From Octopus vulgaris (Eukaryota), in the NCBI GenBank assembly GCA_951406725.2, contig OX597816.1, positions 160,828,001 to 160,892,000 of the forward strand: a stretch of DNA of 64,000 nt, read 5' to 3'. The number at the start of each line of letters is the position of its first letter. Within the stretch, counting starts at the first letter, position 1. Under the pieces are notes generated by a model. That model was not told the origin of the DNA. It worked only from the letters and a program-made list of their open reading frames with translations, and ran no database searches. Shown piece by piece: positions 1-13,565 of the stretch. A program made the position numbers and the translations under genes.

Positions 1-618
1 ATAAAAGTGAGCCACAGTTGCTTTCAAAATATGTGTAGCGTTACTAAAAGCTATAACGCAAAATATTTTACCTATACAATTGTAGAATTATCGATCTCTT
101 TCCTTTGAAAAGGAAATGCTTGGAGGCTCACTCCACCAAATCGTACTGACGTCATCAAGAAGACACATAGACAAATTATATAAGATTCATAGTGCGTTCA
201 TTCAAAATTACCTGAACCAACACTGCCATTTGGAAAACAATACACTTCTCTCAAAGTGTATTTGGAGATATACAAATAAATGAGACGCTGGTTTTAACAA
301 AGGTGCAAAGCTACATATTTTAAGAGAAGATGCTGTTAACTTGATCGGCCTTGCTACTTCAGGGGTTGTTTATTTAATCAACATCCTCCAAAAGGTATAA
401 AAAAAGATAAAACTAACTAAAGAGGGATTTGAACTTAGAATATAGAACAGCAAAGCATTTTGTAAAGAGCTTTTAACAATTTTGCTATTACTGCCCCAAC
501 TATTTCTGAAAGAGCATCAATGTTTAGAATCAGGTCAAGGCACTACGTTAGGCTTCCTGTTATACAGAATTAAAAAAAGAACTTTACATTATCCAGTTCT
601 AAACAAAATATAAATGAA

Positions 619-675
619 TTAATTACATTCTGCTGCCATCTGCCTAAACTGCACATAAATTTCCAGAAGTTTTGC
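619..675 (-). CDS. Candidate DNALI1 terminal coding exon
   Basis: catatatcag then phase-0 AKLLEIYVQFRQMAAECN*. The A-x-L-x-x-I start loosely resembles the usual AQLEGIIAPKK end, but the pyrimidine tract is weak. Confidence 0.25.
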   Translation of the reverse strand, partial: AKLLEIYVQFRQMAAECN

Positions 676-877
676 CTGATATATGTGATATGATGAACAG
701 CACTTGACGTCATGAACCATGTCACCAGTTGATGGCATCTGGTATTTTTCATAACTTTTAAACGCTATCTGTTATTTTTCTAATTTAACGCTGAGTACAG
801 TTGACCAGATATTAATTATAGGTTCACAATCCTAGTTACCAAATATACATACAACAAACACATTCCATACACTGCTA

Positions 878-1062
<185 letters not shown>

Positions 1063-1223
1063 AGATCCAGGGATCGAGGTGTAGGAAGAAAGTTAGCTTC
1101 AAGCAATCCGTGCCTTAAATTATAAGGCACTAAAAGAGAATGACTATCCCCAGACTCAACAGAATATGCTTCAACACACGAAATCACCTAAAGAATCTTG
1201 CATACCAAATCCAGAAAAACGAA

Positions 1224-1250
<27 letters not shown>

Positions 1251-1256
<6 letters not shown>

Positions 1257-1474
1257 GAAATGAGGTACTCAGAAATCTGGATGGTTTTATATTTACAGAT
1301 ATTTATTAATATGTCACATGTTTTTATAAATCATATATTAGCGCTTGCGTCCACTCTAGTGGAGTCGCCAGAGTGGACGCAAGCACTAATATATGATTTA
1401 TAAAAACATGTGACATTAATAAATATCTGTAAATATAAAACCATCCAGATTTCTGAGTACCTCATTTCTTCTAA
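1251..1474. repeat. Near-perfect ~105-bp-arm hairpin embedded in TA repeats
   Basis: TTAGAAGAAATGAGGTACTCAG...CCACTCT [loop] AGAGTGG...CTGAGTACCTCATTTCTTCTAA; a partial arm recurs at ~10351-10380. Confidence 0.85.
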
Positions 1475-1504
1475 TATATAATACCTGTACATCATCTCCA
1501 AACC

Positions 1505-1560
<56 letters not shown>

Positions 1561-2744
1561 AGAAAGTAATGTGAGCCTCTGTGTTTTATATAAATCATAT
1601 GTGCTTGCATGTAAGAGACGTTCATGAGTAAGACATGCAAGAGTGTGTACGTCTGAATGTGCGCATGCACACGCATGTGCGTGTGTATGTGTATGTGTGT
1701 GTGCACGCATCAGAATTAAAACCAGAATTAGTATATCATCATCATCATTTAGCGTCCGTTTTCCATGCTAGCATGGGTTAAGTACAGATATATTTTAAAT
1801 GAGAAAAAAATGCGAAGAACAATGACCAACTTTAACAAAATGTAATAATCATCTGTGTTTTGTGAGTTAATTTGGTAGGCGGAAACTATGGGGAAGCCTG
1901 TCATTTAGATATAAGTGTTTGCACATGTGTATGCGTGTGCTGCTGTATGTTTGTGTGTGTTTTTTTTTCGTGTTTGTGCTGTGTTTGTCCCCCACCACTG
2001 CTTGACAACCGTTGTTGGTTTGTTTATGCCCCTGTAACTTAGCAGTTCTGCAAACGAGATACTCTCTTTACTCTTTTACTTGTTTCAGTCATTTGACTGC
2101 GGCCATGCTGGAGCACCACCTTTAGTCGAGCAAATCGACCCCGGGATATATTCTTTGTAAGCCCAGTACTTATTCTATCGGTCTCTTTTGCCGAACCGCT
2201 AAGTGACGGGGACGTAAACACACCAGCGTCGGTTGTCAAGCAATGCTAGAGGGACAAACACAGACACACAAACATATACACACACATACATATATATACA
2301 TACATATATACGACAGGCTTCTTTCAGTTTCTGTCTACCAAATCCACTCACAAGGCTTTGGTCGGCCCGAGGCTATAGCAGAAGACACTTGCCCAAGATG
2401 CCACGCAGTGGGACTGAACCCGGAACCATGTGGTTGGTTAGCAAGCTACTTACCACACAGCCACTCCTGCGCCTGAGATCCATAAATTAAGTACCAAACG
2501 AAGAAAAGGCAAACATGAAATCTGGGGTTGATTTGTTTAACTAAACCAGAGGTTCTCAACCAGGTTTCATATGACCAAAGGTGCACGTAAAAAGCACCAA
2601 GTGCACTGTAAAGTGGTTGGCATTTGGAAGGGCATCCATCTGTAGAGAACCACGCTAAATCAGACTGGAGTCTGGTGCAGCTCTCCAGCTTACAAGTTCC
2701 AGTCAAACTGTTCAACCCATGCCAGCATGGACATTGAACTCTAA

Positions 2745-3056
2745 ATGAGGATGATGATAATGTTGATGATGATGATGATTACAATGATGATGACGATGAT
2801 GATGATGAGGATGATGATGATGATTATGACGATGATGATAATGATGATGATGATAATGATGAGGATGATGATAATGGTGAGGACGATGATGATGATGAGG
2901 ATGAGGATGATGATGAGGATGATGATGATGAGGACGATGATGATGATGAAGATGATGATGATGATGATGAGGATGATGATGATGATGATGAGGATGATGA
3001 TGATGATAATGATGATGCGGATGATGATGAGGATGATGATAATGATGATGATGATA
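2745..3056 (+). repeat. Expanded imperfect (GAT)n tail of an RTE-3' repeat
   Basis: Directly follows AACCCATGCCAGCATGG...TAAA of the element at ~2580-2745. Confidence 0.85.
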
Positions 3057-3539
3057 GATTGAATAACGTACTTTCTTGGTACATTAAAACCAATTAAAAA
3101 GATTGGATGATCACAACTGAAATGACTGAGTATATTTTCATTCAAGCAGAGCTGACCTTGGGTTAAACAACAACAACAACAACAAGATTAAAATATGCAA
3201 ATTAGGGTTGAACCGATTTCAGAGATAGTGGAGAACTCTATTTTCATTGTGAACTCTAATCAAAGGAATCAAACACAAATGCAGTCAGTCAATACATAAA
3301 CGCATATATAGATACAGTGTGGACGTGTACATACACACACACACACACACACACACTCACACATACACACACACACATACATGAACCCACATACATACAA
3401 AATGGATATTCTGAGTTCATACAATATGGATGCACGTACAAAAACATATACACGCACAACACACACACTTCCTCTCTGTCTACCTGCCTGTCTGTCTGTC
3501 TCTCTCTCTCCCTCTCTCTCAGACACACACACACATACA

Positions 3540-3583
<44 letters not shown>

Positions 3584-3948
3584 TACACATTCAGGCAAAT
3601 GAAATATATTCATATGCTTTACACATATAGATGTTCACATAATGCTGATGCACAATGCTCTTACAATATGGACGGACACACATTTGTATACTGAGTACAC
3701 ACACATTCATACAATACACACACACACACACACACTCACACAAATACGTGTGCACACACGAGCACACTTTCTTACCATGTGTACACACACACACACACAT
3801 ACATACTATGTGGACACATACATACATTCACAAATTGTGTATATACATTTCCTACAGTGTGCATACATGCATACCCATTCATTCATGTGTATGTGGCCAC
3901 ACACACACACACAAGCACACTTTCTTATCATGGGTACACACACACACT

Positions 3949-4800
3949 CATACATACATACATACATACATACATACATACATACATACATACATACATA
4001 CATACATACATACATACATACATTCATACATTCATACATACATACATACATACATACATACATACATACATTCATACATACATACATACATACATTCATA
4101 CATACATACATACATACATACACACATACATACATACATACATTCATACATACATACATACATACATACATACATACATACATACATACATACATACATA
4201 CATACATACATACATACATACATACATACATACATACATACATACATACATACATACATACATACATACATACATACATACATACATACATACATACATA
4301 CATACATACATACATACATACATACATACATACATACATACATACATACATACATACATACATACATACATACATACATACATACATACATACATACATA
4401 CATACATACATACATCATACATACATACATACATACATTCATACATACATACATACATACATACATACATACATACATACATACATACATACATACATAC
4501 ATACATACATACATACATACATACATACATACATACATACATACATACATACATACATACATACATACATACATACATACATACATACATACATACATAC
4601 ATACATACATACATACATACATCATACATACATTCATATATACATTCATACATACATACATACATACATACATACATACATACATACATACATACATACA
4701 TACATACATACATACATACATACATACATACATACATACATACATACATACATACATTCATACATACATTCATATATACATTCATACATACATACATACA
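3949..4800 (+). repeat. (CATA)n microsatellite, ~850 bp
   Basis: Direct reading of the sequence. Confidence 0.95.
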
Positions 4801-5119
4801 TATGTACATACTATGTAGACACATACATTCACAAATTGCGTATATACATTTCCTACAGTGTGCAGACACGCATACACATTCATTCATGTGTATGTGGCCA
4901 CACACACACACACATTCTTATAATAATAACACACAGGTCAATACAATGCGGGCGCAAGCACATTCATATTATGCCTGCACATGCACACGCATAATGTAAA
5001 TATACTCACACAACCTTCTACAGTATGTATACACAGACACATACTTACACACATGCACACATTTATACAAATATATACACTGCAGTGAATACACATGTAA
5101 TTCATATAATGTAGACACC

Positions 5120-5290
5120 CTCATGATACACACACATACACACAAACACTCTCATGCACACACACATACACACAAACACACTCATGCACACACACACACA
5201 CACACTCTCATGCACACACACACACAAACACTCTCATGCACACACACACACAAACACTCTCATGCACACACACACACACACACACACAAA

Positions 5291-5324
<34 letters not shown>

Positions 5325-5413
5325 CATGCACACACACACACACAAACTCTCTCATGCACACACACAAACACTCTCATGCACACACACACACACACACACA
5401 CAAACACTCTCAT

Positions 5414-5452
<39 letters not shown>

Positions 5453-5459
5453 CTCTCAT

Positions 5460-5497
<38 letters not shown>
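5120..5497 (+). repeat. Minisatellite CTCTCATG(CA)nAA
   Basis: About 12 variable-length units. Confidence 0.85.
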
Positions 5498-5501
<4 letters not shown>

Positions 5502-5894
5502 AGCTGGCCATTTACATTGTGACACGTTAAATGGCTGTTTGTTATTTATTGATGTGTTACAGCACAGCACAACCTTGACACATCTGTACACAGACAAATG
5601 CTATTATAAACATTACAGAAAGATGTAATTCCCACACCAACAAACATTACAGTAATCTGTTATTTTAGATTAACACTGAGAAGGAGCATGGCCTAGTGGT
5701 TAGAGGGGTTGGCCTAGTGGTTAGTGGGGTTGGCCTCATGGCAGTAAGGTTGTGGTTTCATTTCCTAGACCCGGTAGCATGCTGTGCAGTGCAATTTACT
5801 TCATGCTACTACAGTCTAGTCCGCTAAGAACTTGTACTAATTGAGTGCTGGTGAAATTCTTTTTCACTCTCCCCTCCAAGTTCTCCCATTTTCT

Positions 5895-5927
<33 letters not shown>

Positions 5928-6929
5928 CAGTTGTCCCATTTTCTCTCTCCATTTGTCCTATCCTGGATATGTTGGTGTTTCAAGGATTGAAGAGCCAAGA
6001 AGGTGTCTATAACAGTTCATGATTACATAGACACTGGCTCCTGTGCCAGTGGTATGTAAAAAGCACTATTCAAGTGTGGTTGATGCCAGTGCCACCTAAC
6101 TGGCTCCCGTGCCAGTGGCATGTAAAAAGCACCATTCAAGTATGGTCGATGCCAGTAATGCATGACTGGTCCTCATACTGGTGGCACATAAAAAGGACCC
6201 ACTATACTCTTGGAGTGGTTGGTGTTAGAAATGGCATCCAGCTGTAGAAACCTTGCCAGATCATATTGGAGCCTGGTACAGCCTTCTGGCTTGCCAGTCC
6301 TTAGTCAAGCTGTCCAACCCATGCCAGCATGGAAAGCGGATGTTAGAAGACGATGATGATGATGTAAAACAATTAGTGAAAGTATTGTTCATGTTACTAA
6401 GCTATACTTGCTAGTGAATGCTTTGTTTGTGAAGCTTATTACTACTGGTTGAGTGTCAAAACCTGCTGGAATTCTACGCATCTTTCCATGATATTTCTAA
6501 ACAGGAAAATTTGCTCAGTGCAGAGTAGTTGGAATAATAAAAAATCACAGTTTATACTGTTTTGAATCCTGCTGCAGAAAACTTTTCCTTGTGGTGGGGG
6601 GAAATGTACATCCTCCCATTTGTTACAGTCTGCTAGGTTTTGGAAGTATCATGATGACCCATCTTCACCAACTAGTCAGAGCTTACTGTTGCTGACAGCT
6701 GTTAATCAGAATTTTTTAGCTATGCTATTGCGTCTGCTTAAAGAGATCAGACGAAATTTGGTTCTTATCCAGCGGCTTTGTAGCTCTTTATTTTCTTTGA
6801 TGTTTGTTTTATTTCTTCTTTGAAATGCATCAGTTCTTATTTGCAGTAATTCGGCTGGTAATACTGGGTTCAAAGTGTGACTAGATCTGGCTTACACCAA
6901 TCATCTGAGTTGCAAGAATTAACACGCTC

Positions 6930-7195
6930 AAAGAACAAGCAAGACCAATCAAGCTCAGAATTAGCTGCTGAAAGACTACAGTGATGCAGGTTAATGCCAC
7001 AACCCAAGTTACCATTTTCTTCAGACAGGAGATTGTAGAAGATCTGGACAATTTCTTCTACCTGTGCAGTATGATCAGAAAAGATGGAAGCATAGAAAGT
7101 GATGCGAACAGTAGAATTGGTAAAGACTTGTTCCAATATAAGCACCAAATCTGGATAACAATAAGCATCCATACTGATATGAAGATCCACTTATG
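6930..7195 (+). mobile_element. Decayed RTE-like LINE RT fragment
   Basis: EIVEDLDNFFYLCSMIRKDGSIESDANSRIGK resembles the ExVxxFxYLGS...EIxxRIGKA region. Confidence 0.6.
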
Positions 7196-9240
7196 ATCTC
7201 TTGTCACCCACAGCCCCCTTCAGCTGGTTTCTGCTGCCAAGCCTATCTCCTTGGTGGCTTTCTTCCATTGTTTGGTTTCTAGACCAATCTTCTATCAGAA
7301 ATAGCACACCAATCATGCAGGAAGCTGCAGCAGCCTACTTCAATAGGGTGTGAAGTCACACACCATCCTTTCACAAGGGTCTTCTCAAACAAATCCTGAT
7401 ATCTCATTTTGTTTAACTGGTAAGAAATGTTGAGCCTATCCTCTCAAGGAACTCTAAGTTCAACCATGAAGATTGGTTTTGCACTCCTGAAGAGCAAGAA
7501 CATATCTGATTGGAGTGATGTTACTGCTACCTCTGGGAAGATGCATCTGTCTATCAGGACCACTTGAATCTCTCAATCAGAAGCTGAATATAAACTAGAA
7601 AATGGGCCCCCTGCACATATACATACATACACGTGTGTGTGTATGCATGCATGTGTGTGTGTGTGTGTGCATGCAGGTGCAATCCAACATGTGCAACTGT
7701 CAATTCAAACATGTTTTTCTCTCTCCATCTATTTTCTCTTCTTATACTTTTCTGTAGAAGAGAGTAGGCTTGAAATGTCAAAGACTCATCCAGTTTTCCT
7801 GAGCAACAAACCAATACACTTCATTTATTTTTCCCTCCCACACTTGCCTCTACCTTTGGCTTTTTGCTTTTTTTGTACAATTTTGAACCATATATATCAT
7901 CATCATCGTTGTCATCGGTTAATGTCTGCTTTCCATGCTGGCATGGGTTGGACGGTTTGACTGAGGATTGGCAAGCCAGCAAGCTGCACCAGGCTCCAAT
8001 CTGATCTGGCAATGTTTCTACAGCTAGACGCCCTTCCTAATGCTAACAACTCCAAGAGTGTAGTAGGTGCTTTTTACATGCCACCGGCATAAGGGCCAAT
8101 CAGGTGGTACTGGCACCAACCATGCTTGAATGGTGCTTTTTACGTGCCATCAATATGGGAGCCAGTCAAGTGGCACCGGCAACGACCATGCTCAAATGGT
8201 GCTTTTTACATGCCACTGGCACAGGACCAGTCAGCCGGCACTGACATCAACCATGCTCAAATGGTACTTTTTACACACACACACACACACACAAACATTA
8301 TTAACATGAACTTTAAATTCAACTAAATACTTTATAAACATGAATAGAAAAGATGTGAATAGATCCATGGAGCTCAAATTTTTGGGGTGGGGAGAGATAA
8401 ATTAATGACATCAACTCCAGTGCTCAACTGGTACTTATTTTATCAACCCCAAAAGAATGAGAGACCAAGTCAACCTCAGCGGAATTCCAACTCACAATCT
8501 AAAGACATGAAATGCCACTAAGCTATTTGTGCAGCGTGCAACCAATCCTGTAAGCTTGCTGCTTAAATTCCTACACTAATATTAATAACATATGACAAAG
8601 AAATATTTAGACTTTCTGTTATGAATTTGAAATTAAATTAAACCTAACACATCATAAACACATATCTGAAATAGCAAATTATGCACAGAACTGCCCGTGG
8701 GACCCGGATCATGCATGACTTGTAATCTACAGAGACAGAACATTTACATTCTCCATTCCGCATGGCAAATAAACTTTACCAATCTTTCAAATTCTATATT
8801 GATTGGTTCCTCCCCCCCCCCCCAACACAAACCATTATCAGTTTCCTTGGTAACCGAATTGTACATTGTTTTAATACTATATGAGTGAAATGACGTTTTA
8901 TGGCTGGATTTAGAAGGTTTTTTTTTTTATACCAAGAAATGGTCAGCATTTTGGTAGCTTAGTGAACAGGTTGTTAAAATTTTGACAGCTCACCACTACA
9001 TAGCTATATCTTTACACATGTATGCACACACAAACACATACATATATATACCTGAAAACATGCATACACATGTGTGCACACACATAGTCACATATTTACA
9101 CACACACATATGCATATTCTCTATGTTAACATTCATTTAACTCTGTATGTGTGTGTGTGTGTGTGTGCATGTTTGTGTGTGTGTGTGTGTGTGTGTGTGC
9201 ATGTTTGTGTGTGTGTGTGTGTGTGTTATCCAAAACCTAC

Positions 9241-9405
9241 CTTCAGCTGTGCAATGGTTCTCTTTAGGAAGTTTGATTCGTCTGCATGTTTCTTTTCTTC
9301 GACCATTCTCTGTTCGGCTGCTCTCTTCTCGATCTGCTCACATTTAGCCTTCAGTTCATTCACTTGCCGTTCCAACTCTCTTTTTTCCAATTCAAGGGTT
9401 TCGAT
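9241..9405 (-). CDS. DNALI1: DNALI1 coding exon 5 (coiled coil)
   Basis: ttttccgtag acceptor; IETLELEKRELERQVNELKAKCEQIEKRAAEQRMVEEKKHADESNFLKRTIAQLK; GTAGGT donor; 165 nt, phase 0. Confidence 0.95.
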
Positions 9406-10593
9406 CTACGGAAAAAATGAAGTTAACAACATGTATTTGTACATCTGTACAAGGTTTTTTTCTAACATCGTTTTACAGTTGTGTGACTAATTACAGTAAT
9501 TAATGAGCTGGATGTTATAGCATTCAGTCAGTTGCTGAGGTGGCACTCGGGGGGACCACTATATCATCATCATCACCATTATCATCATTGTCATCATCAT
9601 TTCAATCAATGAGAGAAGAGAAAAGAGGGAGAGAAAGAGAGAAAAAAGAAACAAGAAATATATATATAAAGATAGGAAAAAAGAGAGAGAAGAGAAAGTT
9701 AACAAAGAGAGAAAATGATAAAGAGAGAAATGTAGGAAGAGTGAGGAAAAGAAAAGAAAACAGAGTCATCATCATCGTCATCATTTAATGTCTGCCTTCC
9801 ATGCTAGCATGGGTTAAAAGAAATAAGAAAAACTGAATGACAATGGTAAGTTCCTTGTCACATATACATACATACATATGTACAGAGCTGGATTAAAAGC
9901 CATAGAGGCCCTGAGCACTTAAAAGATTTTGGTGTCCCCATATATATGGATTTCAAAATATAAATTGTAATGAACCATAAAATAAATTTGTATTTTTCAA
10001 AATGAATGAAAACTAGCGGTGAGATGGAAAATAATGTTTATTTTTGTATATTTCCATTTTATTCATATTTCAAAAGTTTCCTACCGCTTTTTTTAATTGC
10101 AGTCTTTGATCAGTTCCTGAAAATTAATCCCACATAACACATCTGCTTTTATACTGTTATCAGTTATGTGTAAGAGCATCTAGCCATAGAAACTATACCA
10201 AATCAGACTGGGACCTAATGCAACCCTCCAGCTTACCAGTTCCAGTCAAACCAACTAACCCATGCCAGCATGGAAAGCAGATGTTAAATGATGATGACGA
10301 CGTATGTATGTATGTATGTATGTATTATCTATCTATCTATCTATATATATATGAGTACCTTATTTCTTCTAATATATATATAAATTTAAATAGAGGTTAA
10401 AAAAAAGAACCTTAAGGGATACAAAATATCCAATGAATTAGTGATTTATTACCTATCATTTTGTTATGACTAGTAATATTCTTAAAATAATAGGTTCGAA
10501 TATAAATCTTGGTTTATAAATATTCAAATTAAAAACCAGAAAATTAAGATGTAGCATTAATATAATTTATTAACTGCAAAAATTCAACATCCT

Positions 10594-10664
10594 CACTTAC
10601 AGCTGTTTCGATTTTGCCCAAAAGAATTAAATTCTTTTGAGCAAAATTGAAACAGCTGTAAGTG
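10594..10664. repeat. 71-bp palindrome carrying hammerhead 3' halves
   Basis: CACTTACAGCTGTTTC...AAGAATT A AATTCTT...GAAACAGCTGTAAGTG. Confidence 0.75.
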
Positions 10665-10698
10665 TACATGTATGTATGCAAAAATTGTATGTATATGC

Positions 10699-10756
<58 letters not shown>

Positions 10757-10797
10757 ATACATATATGTATTTATGTACGTATGTATATAATGTTTAC

Positions 10798-10976
10798 CCT
10801 TTTCTCCATATCAGTTTTTCCTTGCTCAGCTGCAAGTGCTTTTCTCATTCCAAAAGCCACACTGCTTTCATACAGTGTCTGATATGCTGCAATTGTCATG
10901 CGAATCTCATCGCGCACACGCAACAACAGAAGACCACGTTCAGAGCAGTTGATGGTTACTTGACGAATCAATTCAT
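10798..10976 (-). CDS. DNALI1: DNALI1 coding exon 4
   Basis: ttttcag acceptor; (D)ELIRQVTINCSERGLLLLRVRDEIRMTIAAYQTLYESSVAFGMRKALAAEQGKTDMEKR; GTAAAC donor; 179 nt. Confidence 0.97.
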
Positions 10977-11642
10977 CTGAAAACATAAAAAATTTATTAA
11001 GAAACCTTATAAAATGTGTGTAATTAACAGAAACAAATGAGGGAGACCCTACATATCACCATTCAACCAGTTAGAAGTAGCAGCTAAATCTCCTTTAATA
11101 CATGCCCTATGTTCTTAAAAGAGAAGTATTTGAAATATAGTCCTGGATTACATCATGTCTGAAGAAAGCAGAATGGTTATTTCTGGAACACCTTTGATCA
11201 TAAAAATACTCAAATAAGGTTTGTATGGCACTTAACAATAAGGATGAGTGAAATCTCTACAGTGTCACTCAATCTTCTAGAAATAGCAGTAAAATTTCCC
11301 TTAAATCACATCTACTGTCTTTAAAGAACAGGTAGGGCACCTTGAATTATATAGTCCCCAATAAATATAAAAGACTGGCTAGTCAAAGATGGAATATCTT
11401 TGATCATAGGTTTCTTCAGTCAGGGCTGACCCTGGGGCTAAACAGCAATTCACGATTGGTTGGACCAGGAAATGAAATTCATCTAAACACATTCCATGGA
11501 AGAAACAGCAGAAAAGGACCATTCATCCATCTATCCTCTCCATCTTCCATTACTGGAAAGGTTGTAGAGGGTAGAATCCTCAGGCACTTTCTCCATAGGT
11601 TCTATCAGACAGAAACTGAAAGAAGCCTGTCATATATGTGTG

Positions 11643-11673
<31 letters not shown>

Positions 11674-11731
11674 TACAGAGATGTACTCGCATAGCAAGTA
11701 ATTTGATCTGAGATTGTGTGCTGAAATGAAA

Positions 11732-12004
11732 ACAATTGCAGCGTGGAAGGTGTTTATAAGCCATTTAAGAAACACACAAAAGCCGTTCGATTCACTTCAA
11801 CATTTAAGTTTAATTTGTCAAAATATTTTCGTCGCTAAAATCCGCGACCTGTTCACTGACAAAAATCAGCACGGATTTTTGTCAGTGAACAGGTCGCGGA
11901 TTTTAGCGACGAAAATATTTTGACAAATTAAACTTAAATGTTGAAGTGAATCGAACGGCTTTTGTGTGTTTCTTAAATGGCTTATAAACACCTTCCACGC
12001 TGCA

Positions 12005-12009
<5 letters not shown>
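11732..12009. repeat. Perfect inverted repeat (136-bp arms, 6-nt loop), probable tail-to-tail Penelope pLTR
   Basis: 11732-11867 is the reverse complement of 11874-12009; the ORF track gives identical peptides from both strands. Confidence 0.9.
11878..11927 (+). ncRNA. Minimal hammerhead-like motif with G3-C8 core (mirror copy on - strand at 11814-11863)
   Basis: UUUGUCA GUGAACA G GUCGC-GGAUUUUA-GCGAC GAAA AUAU UU UGACAAA: 7-bp stem I, 5-bp stem II, 1-bp stem III with palindromic tetraloop. Confidence 0.65.
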
Positions 12010-12037
<28 letters not shown>

Positions 12038-13268
12038 GCACAAGAGTGGCAGTGTGATAAGAAGCATGCTTCCCAAACACATGGTTCAGGGTTTGGTCCC
12101 ATTGCATGGCACTTTGGGTGAGTGTCTTCTACTATACCACTGGGCTGACCAAAGCTGGATTTGGTAGACAGGAACAGAAAGAAGCCCATCATATATATAT
12201 ATGTATGTGTGTGTATTGGTTTGTGTGTCTGTGTTTGTCCCCCCACTTCCATCCCACCCAACATCCCTTGACAACTAATGCTGGCGTGTTTACGTCCCCA
12301 TAACTTAGCGGTTCAGCAGAAGAGACCGATTAAATAAGTACTAGGCTTACAAAGAATAAGTCCTGGAGTTGATTTGCTCAGCTGAAGGCGGGGCTCCAGC
12401 ATGGCCACAATCAAATGACTGAAACAAGTAAAAGAATAAAAGAATGTCAGACAGTCTTCTTAGTGGTATTGTGTCTGACTTTACACTCTGCGTTCAAATT
12501 CTGTTGATAAAGTAAATACCGGTTAAGTATTGGGATGGATGTAATCAGATTGCCCCCTTCCCCCAGAATTTCAGGCCTTGTGCCTGTAATAGAAAGGATA
12601 TGATACTAATATCTAGTTTTGTAATTTATTTTCCAAGTTCACATTCTACTGGAGTTGATACAGCACTTTATTCAACTAAACAGGTGAGGATGTTAATGAA
12701 ATAGATACCAGTAATTCACTGGGGCCACTATCATTCATCGTCTCTAAAAATTGGATTGTGTCTAGTGAAAATAAATCAACTTCCTGGACTAAATTCTTCC
12801 AGCCCTAAGTGTCAAATCTTTGGAATCTCTTCCTCAATCCACAGACGTGGATTTGCAGGTAAACCAGATGATGCTGTTAATCCAGGTAATGTAATGTGTT
12901 CACCATCCATGTTTGCAGTGTTAGATTCAATTCCTGCAACACTTAAATCTCATGTCGGAGATATTTGAGAGTAAAAACACAAACAATACAGAACTTGACT
13001 GGACTCCAGTAATGTTGAAGGGTTCCAATACTGCTGTACTAAAGTTAGAACATTGGCTGTAAATTTAAAAATAATTGTACAAACACAATCACAACTGTCA
13101 AGCTGTTAATGTTAATACAATATAGCAACAACTGCTGTATGATGTTAGCTTTCAATCTGGGAAGTACCACCCCTAAGGGGTCACTGGGTATGTCAAAGAG
13201 GATGTTAGGCTTTAGGGGGCAGCGAGTTAACATAATTAGCATATTAAATTTTACCTATTATATTATAT

Positions 13269-13565
13269 GGAAGCACATGGCCTAGTGGTTAGAGCAACAG
13301 ACTCACGGTCGATGGATTGTGGGTTCAAATCTTAGGCTGGGCGAGGTGTGTGTTTATGAGTGAAACACCTAAACTCCACGCAGCTCCAGCAGAAAGTAAT
13401 GGCAAACTTCTGCTGACTCTTTTGCCACAACTTTCTCTCACTCTTTCCTCCTGCATCTTGCAGTTCACCTGTGACGGACCAGCATCCCGTCCAGGTGGGG
13501 AACCTATACGCCAAGGAAACTGGGAAACCGGCCCTTATGAACCAGACGTGGTACAAGAAGGAACA
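13269..13565 (+). mobile_element. tRNA-derived SINE with V-domain-like core
   Basis: TGGCCTAGTGGTTAGAGC A box, GGTTCAAATC B box, CCTGTGACGGACCAGCATCCCGTCCAGG core. Confidence 0.65.

Noticed and set aside
2741-3145. Poly-Met / poly-Ile / poly-Ser ORFs
   Set aside because: These are the (GAT)n tail of a retroelement.
3642-4999. Long ORFs of 200-450 aa (HTYI/MYVC repeats) in all frames
   Set aside because: Translation of the stop-free (CATA)n microsatellite; no splice or homology support.
6700-6890. Open - strand frame (..LNPVLPAELLQIRTDAFQRR..) as DNALI1 last exon
   Set aside because: No in-phase acceptor was found and there is no similarity to the expected tail.
12780-13220. Possible hAT/Charlie transposase C-terminal remnant
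   Set aside because: Only a faint KQYRT*LD resemblance; too degenerate to call.
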